In this document: positions 1-6,555 of the stretch, piece by piece | Numbering within the stretch: the stretch's first letter is position 1 | How the letters are laid out: the number at the start of each line of letters is the position of its first letter | Assembly: GCA_963666565.1 (NCBI GenBank) | Contig: OY762911.1 | Location: forward strand, 736,001 to 800,000 | Length of the DNA stretch: 64,000 bases | Reading direction: 5' to 3' | DNA from: Thermoanaerobaculia bacterium | GTDB lineage: Bacteria; Acidobacteriota; Thermoanaerobaculia; Multivoradales; Multivoraceae | Notes under the pieces: model-generated | The model's input: the letters and a program-made list of their open reading frames with translations, nothing else | What the model was told of the DNA's origin: nothing | Databases searched by the model: none | Translations under genes and position numbers: made by a program

Positions 1-535
1 TCACGGCCTCGTAGTAGTCGTCCAGAGGAATGAACACCCCGTTCTCCTCCACCCACCGGCGCATCCGCTGATTGCAGCTACTCGCCCAGGAAACCACCTC
101 AACGCGCCAGCCTCGCCGGTGCATCCGCTCCAGATCGGCATGGAAGCCGGCGCCGTCGTAGAAGCCCTGGCCGTCCCCCGTCAGGACCACCGCGACGCCC
201 GTATCGCCGTTGTAGTCCGCGAAGTCGCGCAGCATCTGGAGTTGAAGGATGCGGTCGGGGCCCTGCTGCTCGCCACGTTCCACCGACCCCCTGTCGACCA
301 GTTCGACCTTGACGCCTTCGGACTCGAGCCGGTTCCACAGGCGACGCAGCTCCGGCGGCACCGAGCCGGCGGCAATCGCCTTTTCGACCGGACGCTCAGC
401 ACTGGCCAGCTTCATCATGTTCCGGAAGTTGACGCGGACCCTGTGCCGCGCGGAAGGGCCCTCGCGTTCCTCCGCCTCGGCCTGTGCGCCGATGAAGATG
501 TTCGAGTTGTCCCAGTAGATGAAGACTCGGTCCAT
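1..535 (-). CDS. NYN (PIN-fold) domain protein, runs off the window edge
   Basis: Own translation from ATG at 535: MDRVFIYWDNSNIF...EQQGPD...VAVVLTGDGQGF...GWRVEVVSW. DxxN, TGDG and G-W-x-V-E-V motifs are typical of NYN/LabA-like nucleases. Not in the ORF track because there is no stop inside the window. Confidence 0.85.
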   Translation of the reverse strand, partial: MDRVFIYWDNSNIFIGAQAEAEEREGPSARHRVRVNFRNMMKLASAERPVEKAIAAGSVPPELRRLWNRLESEGVKVELVDRGSVERGEQQGPDRILQLQMLRDFADYNGDTGVAVVLTGDGQGFYDGAGFHADLERMHRRGWRVEVVSWASSCNQRMRRWVEENGVFIPLDDYYEAV

Positions 536-580
536 GTGTCGAGCCTACCGGAAGGCCTCGAAGCAGGAATCGTCGCAGGC

Positions 581-771
581 CGGGTGCGCGCGTCCTCCGA
601 CCCGCACTGTGCGCGGGTCTTCCCGACCCGCACTGGGTGCGCGGGTCTTCCGACCCGCATCCGCCGAAGGCGGGGAAGAAATCGTCGCCGGCCTTTGGCC
701 GGCGGCCATTCTCCCCGGTCTCCGCCGCTTCGCGGCTGCGCCCGGATGCGGGTCGGAAGACCCGCGCACCC
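581..771. repeat. REP cluster plus type-A REPIN (inverted REP pair with three internal hairpins)
   Basis: GGGTGCGCGGGTCTTCCGACCCGC copies; inner GCCGAAGGC, GCCGGCCTTTGGCCGGC and CCGCTTCGCGG hairpins; closing inverted REP at about 746-771. Confidence 0.9.
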
Positions 772-826
772 GGCGGCAGGCGGCTAACCGCGGTCTGTTG
801 TCTGGGCCTTTGACCGCTCGGCGGAA

Positions 827-1135
827 CTACTCCCCGAACAAGTCGCTCAGCCAGTTCGCGAACCGCCGGGCGAGATCGGCGTTCGCGTCCAGGTCGCCGT
901 TGGCGTCCGCCACCACGCCCAGGGCGAGCAGGCCGGATCTCTTCAAGTCTTCCGGAAGTCCCTTGAGGAGCTTTGGGTAGCCCCTCTTGTTGATGATCGT
1001 GAAGGGCAGTTCAAAGCGTGGCGGCTCGGGCTCAACGCACACCCATTCGCCGATTCCGACAGACCTGCAAAGGTGCTCGACGACATGCTCGTCGTCTTCC
1101 CCCTCCACGAGGAGGATCATCCCTTCGTCCACCAC
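827..1135 (-). pseudogene. DUF3226/TOPRIM-like partner of AAA ATPase, internally deleted
   Basis: LLVEGEDDEHVV...LALGVVADAN motifs; only about 100 aa, jumping from DANGDL to DANADL directly into the C-terminal FANWL. Confidence 0.65.
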
Positions 1136-1143
1136 GCGCTCGC

Positions 1144-1630
1144 CTACCGGACTTCGATTCTCTGCTCGGCCGCGACGGTGAGCTCGTCCTCGGAGTAGAC
1201 GACAGCCCGACAGCCTCGGTCGGTGCGATCCAATCGAACGAGAATGCCGTCGGTACGTTCGCACTCCGTTGCCGCCCGTGCGAAGCCCACGATGCAGTCC
1301 CAACTGTGGGTGGTCGCGAGCACCTGAATGTCGCCTTCCCGCGCCGCGCGCAGGACCAAGCGCCAGAAGTTCTCGTGCACCTTGTAGTGGAGGCCGTTTT
1401 CGGCTTCATCGATGAGAAGGAGGCCTTCGCGGCAGCGGGTAAGCGCAAAAGCCGTGCCGAAGAGCCTCGTAGCGCCATCGCCGAAGCTCTTCAGGGGCAC
1501 GGGGCGCGCGCGCCCCTTGAGCCTCAAGATGACCCGTTGACCTGACGACCGATATCCCGTTGACTCTCCCTCGCCACCGACGACAGCGATGCCGTCCACT
1601 CTCTCGTCAAGAACGAGCCCCAGGGCACAA
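1144..1630 (-). pseudogene. C-terminal half of AAA_15/AAA_21 (ABC-type) ATPase
   Basis: SFGDG signature, LLLIDEAENGLH Walker B/D-loop, QVLATTHS H-loop, ...IEVR end; Walker A half missing. Confidence 0.8.
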
Positions 1631-1649
1631 GCCAAGAACAACTGGTCTT

Positions 1650-2084
1650 CGGTCAATAGACCGCGTCGCTCACGAGACCGCCATCGAGTCCGCCGGGCGA
1701 ACCATCGCGGTCATCGGCACGCCGCTCTCGCACGTATACCCGAAGGCTCACCGGGACCTGCAGCGCCTCATCGCCGAGCGTTTCCTGGTCGTCAGCCCCG
1801 TTCCTCTGAAACGGTACGAGTCGCAGGACTACCGCCTCAACCGCTTCTTCTTCCCGGAACGGAACGTCGTTATGTCGGCGCTGACGGAGGCAACCGTCAT
1901 CGTTGAAGCCGGCGAAACCTCCGGCTCGCTGACCCAGGCCCGCGCAGCCCTGGACCAGGGGAGGAAGCTGTTCGTCCTCGACGGTTGCTTCCGGAACCCG
2001 CGATTGACCTGGCCGGCGCGCCTGGAGGAGAAGGGGGCAGTGAGGGTCCGGGACTACACCGAGATCGAACGTGAGCTTGCCTGA
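1650..2084 (+). pseudogene. 5'-truncated DprA/Smf-like protein
   Basis: IDRVAHETAI..GRTIAVIGTPL..YP, FFFPERNVVMSAL, VIVEAGETSGSLTQARAALDQGR. Confidence 0.85.
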
Positions 2085-2420
2085 GCGCTTCACGCGTGTC
2101 GACGAACTGACGAGACTCGATCACCACTGGCTGACCCCCGGCGACCGCTGTTTCTTCCTCGGCGAGTACGCCGCCAGACAGGGCTACGCCTACAGCCCGA
2201 CCAACAACCTGCTCATCAACTTCAAGAAACCGATGGACCGGCGAGGGAAACCTGAGTGGAGATACAAGGAGAAGGCGATCCGCGAGATCGCCTCAGCATT
2301 CCGTCGTGCGCTCGCCCCGGTCCGCCGGAGGGCCATGCCTTCGTGCCTATGCCGCCGTCGAAGGCGTCCCACGATCCTCTCCACGACGACCGTCTCACTC
2401 GCATGCTCCGCGCTGCAAGA
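2077..2420 (+). pseudogene. DprA-associated phosphoribosyltransferase-like protein, frameshifted and truncated
   Basis: DHHWL...FFLGEYAARQGY..S.TNNLLINFKK; continues in another frame after about 2320 (FVPMPPSKASHDPLHDDRLTRML); start overlaps the DprA stop. Confidence 0.7.
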
Positions 2421-2489
2421 CTCCAGCGGCGGGATGCTGTAGTGCTTGGCCGGAACCACCGGCCCTGGGCGCGACGGAAGCGAAGTTAG

Positions 2490-2603
2490 TGGACGCCGGC
2501 CGGAGGCCGACGACGATGTTGTTGGCCGCCTGCGGCGGCAAGCGGGTCGGAAGACCCGCGCACCCATGCGGGTCGGAAAGACCCGCGCACCCAGCGCACC
2601 CAG
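2490..2603. repeat. Half REPIN plus REP copies
   Basis: GCGGGTCGGAAGACCCGCGCACCC twice, with internal hairpins. Confidence 0.85.
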
Positions 2604-2609
2604 GTGGGG

Positions 2610-4226
2610 TCAGGCGCCCCAGACGGTCACGGGCCGGCCGCCGAGGGACTCCTCGCGACGGTAGAGCTTCTCCTCCCACGGCTTCGACGCGTCCCGGTCG
2701 AAGATCACCAGGTGGCCCGACTCGGCGCCGCACTTGTCCATGTAGGCCAGGGTCTGCTCCAGGCCCTCGCGGATCGTCGCCTCCAGGCCGCCGCGCAGGA
2801 TCTTGCACTCCACGACGTAGCGGCGCGCCGGCACGCCGGGCTCGGCGGCGCCGGCGAAGCGGCCCGGCGGCCACACGATCAGCAGGTCCGTCCGGCGGCT
2901 GCCCAGCGCGTACTCCCGCTCGATCCGGCCGCCGCCGTTCACGATCCGCTGGAGGAACGTCTGCAGAATCAACTGCGGACCCGCCTCCTTGTACTGGAAC
3001 CGCTCGAGCCAGTGCTCCGAGTGTTCGCGGAAGAAGCGCTGAAACGCCGCCAGCAAGCCCTCCGCGTCCAGGTCGCCGTCCGGCTTCACGTACCACTCCG
3101 TCTCCTGGACGATCTCCGACTCGCGGGCGTACATGAGTTCCCGCGGGATCACTTCGCGGTAGATCGGATTGGCGATCTTCGCCGTGCCGCGCCTCGTCAG
3201 CAGACCCAGGTCCCGAACGTACTCCACGTCGTTCGAGCTGGCCATGTCCGTCCCGTTCGCGGCGCCGCCGCTCAGCACCGGCTCGACCACGCGCCGCACA
3301 CGCTCCTCCCGGAGCTTGTCCGCCAACTGGTGCAGGTGGGTCTGGCGGCTCAGGATCAACTCCTCGCGCGCCTCCATGATCTCTTCCTCGTCGATCGTCC
3401 GGGAGCGGTCCCGGTTCGCCCTGTTTCTGAAACAGGCCTGGTAGGCCAGCGCGTTCACCAGCCACGGCTGGCCCCGGGACTGGTCCCACACTGCGGCGAC
3501 CGCGCCCTCGGTGAACTCCTGACCCGTCTCCTCCGCGTGCTGACCGAGCAGCGTGCGGACGTCCGCCTCGTCGAAGTCGCCGAGCCGCAGCGACTCCGCC
3601 TTGATGTTGAAGGCGCTGCCGCCGGCGATGATCTCGCCCGCCGACTCCGAGTGGATGCGGTAGTCCCGCACGTCGCGGATGCCGCAGAGGATGACGCTCT
3701 GAGGAAACGCGGCCGGCCGTTGATCGTAGCCGGCGCGCAACTGGCGGAGCACGGAGATCAGGGTGTCGCCGACCAGCGCGTCGATCTCGTCGATCATCAA
3801 CACGAGGGGCTTGGCGTCGGCCAGCGACCAGCGACCCAGGGCCAACCGCAGCGCTCCGTGCGGCCCGGCGCGCGTCAGCGCCTCTTCCCACATGCCGTCC
3901 AGGAAGGCGTCGCCATGCGCAACGAGCGCCCGTTCGGAGATCTCGGCCAGCACCGTTCGTATTCCCTCCGCGACATCGCCTCGCGCGGTCTGCGCGGTCT
4001 CGACGTTCGCGTACACGCAGCGGTGTTCGCCGCCCTCGTTCAGCAGGTCGCGCAACGCGAGCAGCGCCGAGGTCTTCCCGGTCTGGCGCGGCGCGTGCAG
4101 CACGAAGTAGCGCTCGTCCCGGATGAGGCGCAGAACCTCGTCGAGGTCGAACCGCTCAAGCGGCGGGATGCTGTAGTGCTTGGCCGGAACCACCGGCCCG
4201 GTGGTGTTGAAGAATCGCTCGGTCAT
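2610..4226 (-). CDS. AAA-like ATPase with C-terminal PD-(D/E)XK nuclease domain
   Basis: FFNTTGP start, HAPRQTGKTS Walker A, LMIDEID Walker B, EREYALGSRRTDLLI...VVECK nuclease motif. Confidence 0.88.
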   Translation of the reverse strand: MTERFFNTTGPVVPAKHYSIPPLERFDLDEVLRLIRDERYFVLHAPRQTGKTSALLALRDLLNEGGEHRCVYANVETAQTARGDVAEGIRTVLAEISERALVAHGDAFLDGMWEEALTRAGPHGALRLALGRWSLADAKPLVLMIDEIDALVGDTLISVLRQLRAGYDQRPAAFPQSVILCGIRDVRDYRIHSESAGEIIAGGSAFNIKAESLRLGDFDEADVRTLLGQHAEETGQEFTEGAVAAVWDQSRGQPWLVNALAYQACFRNRANRDRSRTIDEEEIMEAREELILSRQTHLHQLADKLREERVRRVVEPVLSGGAANGTDMASSNDVEYVRDLGLLTRRGTAKIANPIYREVIPRELMYARESEIVQETEWYVKPDGDLDAEGLLAAFQRFFREHSEHWLERFQYKEAGPQLILQTFLQRIVNGGGRIEREYALGSRRTDLLIVWPPGRFAGAAEPGVPARRYVVECKILRGGLEATIREGLEQTLAYMDKCGAESGHLVIFDRDASKPWEEKLYRREESLGGRPVTVWGA

Positions 4227-4447
4227 CGGCTTCGGCTCGCCGTCTTGGCGACTCCTCTCCGCATCGTAGCGCGTGCCGCCCGCCGGGTGCGCGGGTCTTC
4301 CGACCCGCTTCCGGGCGCAGCCGCGAAAGCGGCGGAGACCGGAGAGAATGGACGCCGCATGGGTAATGGGATGGTCCGCCCCGCCCTCTACGGCCTCTTG
4401 TAGGGCCAGAATGGGTTTTTCCCAACCAACAAGGGAGGAGACGGACC

Positions 4448-5506
4448 ATGAAGAAGGTTACTCGAGTCGGTATCGATCTGGGCAAGCGCCTGTTCCAGGT
4501 GTGCGCGATGGACTCGTCGGGCGCGGTGGTGTTTCAGCGTCAGGTGAAGGCGTCGGGGCTGATGGAGTTGATGGTGCAGCTCGAGCCGTGCCTGGTGGGC
4601 ATGGAGGCGAGCTGCGGCGCGCACTACTGGGTGGAGAAGCTGAGCGCTCTGGGTCACGACGCGCGGATGATGAGTCCTCAGTTCGTGCGGCCTTACGTGA
4701 AGTCGAACAAGAGCGACTACCACGACGCGGAGGCGATCTGCGAGGCGGTGTCCCGTCCGACGATGCGTTTCGTGCCGTACAAGACGAAGGAGCAGCGTGC
4801 TCTTCAGCAGGTTCATCGGAGCCGGGAGGCGGCGCTTCGCCGTCGCACGCAGTTGGTGAACCAGTTGCGGGGATTCCTGGGCGAGTACGGGATCGTGCTG
4901 CGTCAGGGCCGGGCGGTGGTCATGCGGGCGGTGCCCGACATCGCGAGCGACGCGGAGCGCGAGCTGCCGGGTCAGTTTCGCGCGCTGCTGTGGATGCAGT
5001 ACGAGGCTCTGATGCAGGTCCACAAGGAGGTCGAGGACCTGACCGCGATGCTGGTGCGGGAGTCGAAGGAGAACCCTCACTGCCAGCGTCTGATGTCGAT
5101 TCCGGGCATCGGTCCGATCGTGGCGACGGCGATCGTGGCGGCGGTGGGCAACGGCTGGGCTTTCAGCAGCGGTCGTCAGATGTCGGCCTGGATGGGCTTG
5201 GTGCCGCGTCAGGACTCGACCGGGGGTCGCACGGTGCTGCGCGGGATCAGCAAGCGCGGCGACCGTTACCTGCGCTCGCTCCTGATCCACGGTGCGCGGG
5301 CGGTCCTGCGCACGGCGGCGAAGGGCGAGCGAACGCGGCTGAAGGGCTGGGCGCTCGACGTCAAGCGGCGCCGGGGGCCGAACGTCGCCACGGTGGCACT
5401 GGCCAACAAGCTGGGCCGCATCGCCTGGGCGGTGCTTCGCCGCGGCGAGCTGTACCGCGACGACCGCCTCGCCGGGTCTCGGCAGAAGGTCTCTCGGGCC
5501 GCGTAG
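4448..5506 (+). CDS. IS110/IS1111 DEDD transposase (recombinase)
   Basis: VGIDLGK, GMEASCGAHYW, KSDYHDAEAI, IPGIGPI, GLVPRQDSTGG (catalytic Ser), ISKRGDRYLR. Confidence 0.97.
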   Translation: MKKVTRVGIDLGKRLFQVCAMDSSGAVVFQRQVKASGLMELMVQLEPCLVGMEASCGAHYWVEKLSALGHDARMMSPQFVRPYVKSNKSDYHDAEAICEAVSRPTMRFVPYKTKEQRALQQVHRSREAALRRRTQLVNQLRGFLGEYGIVLRQGRAVVMRAVPDIASDAERELPGQFRALLWMQYEALMQVHKEVEDLTAMLVRESKENPHCQRLMSIPGIGPIVATAIVAAVGNGWAFSSGRQMSAWMGLVPRQDSTGGRTVLRGISKRGDRYLRSLLIHGARAVLRTAAKGERTRLKGWALDVKRRRGPNVATVALANKLGRIAWAVLRRGELYRDDRLAGSRQKVSRAA

Positions 5507-5559
5507 CAGGCGGCTCGATCCACATCGAATCAACCAAGGAGGATTGCCCCACCAAGTCG

Positions 5560-5775
5560 TTGCGAGGACACAACGGAGCGATGGCGAAACAGGTCGGACC
5601 GGCGCGTCGAGAGCCTGAACCCGCGCAGGGCCATTCAACAGGCCGTCTGGGTGTACAGAAGAGACGACGCGCGCGTATTCCATCGGGGCCAGGGAGCTCG
5701 AAACCACGAGACGCCCAACAACAGGCCGAATACATGCAAGCAACGACACCTCTCTCGCCGGAACTCCGGAAAGTG
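5560..5775 (+). ncRNA. Putative bridge/seekRNA of the IS1111 element (ends approximate)
   Basis: Stem GCGCGTCG/CGACGCGC (5602-5609 and 5665-5672) encloses ACCCGCGCA (5619-5627) and CTGGGTG (5647-5653), which match both REP strands; a second loop has ATTCCATC and ATACAT matching the IS end junction. Confidence 0.8.
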
Positions 5776-5778
5776 CCC

Positions 5779-5804
5779 TTGCACAAGCGGGGCGGACCAT
5801 ACAT
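5779..5804 (+). promoter_or_regulatory. -35 half of circle-junction promoter
   Basis: TTGCAC (5779-5784), a 17-bp spacer, then CAT, completed to CATAAT by left-end AAT (4365-4367) on circularisation. Confidence 0.75.
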
Positions 5805-6045
5805 GCGCGGGTCTTCTGACCCGCTTCCGGGCGCAGCCGCGAAAGCGGCGGAGACCGGAGAGAATGGACGCCGCATGGGTGCGCGGGTCTTCCGACCCGC
5901 ATCGGTGCGCGGGTTTTCTGACCCGCTTTCCGCCGCAGGCGGCGGCCAGTATCGTCGCCGGCCTCCGGCCGGCGTCCATTCCCCCCGGCCTCCGCCGCTT
6001 CGCGGCGGCGCCCGGATGCGGGTCGGAAGACCCGCGCACCCAGCG
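5804..6045. repeat. REP array plus type-A REPIN right of the IS
   Basis: 76-bp unit repeated left (4285-4360) and right (5804-5879) of the IS, then further REPs and an inverted REP. Confidence 0.9.
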
Positions 6046-6098
6046 GGCAACCAGCGGATAGGCTCGGCGGCGCCACTTCGACACCCAGGGAGACCGCC

Positions 6099-6434
6099 AT
6101 GACCGACACCGCCGCCGCCGTCGACGACATCTTCGCCCGGATGCCCGGCCGCCTGGACCCGCAGGCCGCCGCGGGCCTCGACGTCGTGATCCAGTTCGAC
6201 CTCTCGGGCGAGGGCGGCGGCGTCCGGCACTGCGCGATCAAGGACGGCGCCTGCACCGTCGGCGAGGGCGCCCACGACGCGCCGACGATGACCCTGTCGA
6301 TGGAGGCCGCCGACTACGTCGCGCTCATTTCCGGCGAGCTGGACGGCACCGTCGCCTTCATGAGCGGGAAGCTGCGGATCGACGGCGACATGGGGCTGGC
6401 GATGCGGATGCAGAGCCTGTTTCGCACCGACTGA
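6099..6434 (+). CDS. SCP2 sterol-binding domain protein
   Basis: IQFDLSGEGGG...AFMSGKLRIDGDMGLAMRMQSLF. Confidence 0.92.
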   Translation: MTDTAAAVDDIFARMPGRLDPQAAAGLDVVIQFDLSGEGGGVRHCAIKDGACTVGEGAHDAPTMTLSMEAADYVALISGELDGTVAFMSGKLRIDGDMGLAMRMQSLFRTD

Positions 6435-6555
6435 GACTGGGTACGCGGGTCTTCCGACCCGCCCCGGACGGAGCCGCGGAGCGGCGGAGACCGGAAGGAG
6501 CGGAGGTTGGCCAGAGGCCGACGACGGTAGTGGACACCGCCCCGCGCACCGACAG

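Larger units (their letters stand above)
4365..5803 (+). mobile_element. IS110-superfamily, IS1111-type insertion sequence inserted into a REP
   Basis: 14-bp subterminal inverted repeats ATGGTCCGCCCCGC (4371-4384) and GCGGGGCGGACCAT (5787-5800); flanks GGGT and TGCGCGGGTCTTCTGACCCGC rejoin into a REP; no target-site duplication; long non-coding region downstream of the transposase. Confidence 0.93.

Noticed and set aside
4285-5880. 76-bp direct repeat as IS target-site duplication
   Set aside because: IS110-family elements make no such duplication; the copies differ at one base and match REP tandem units.
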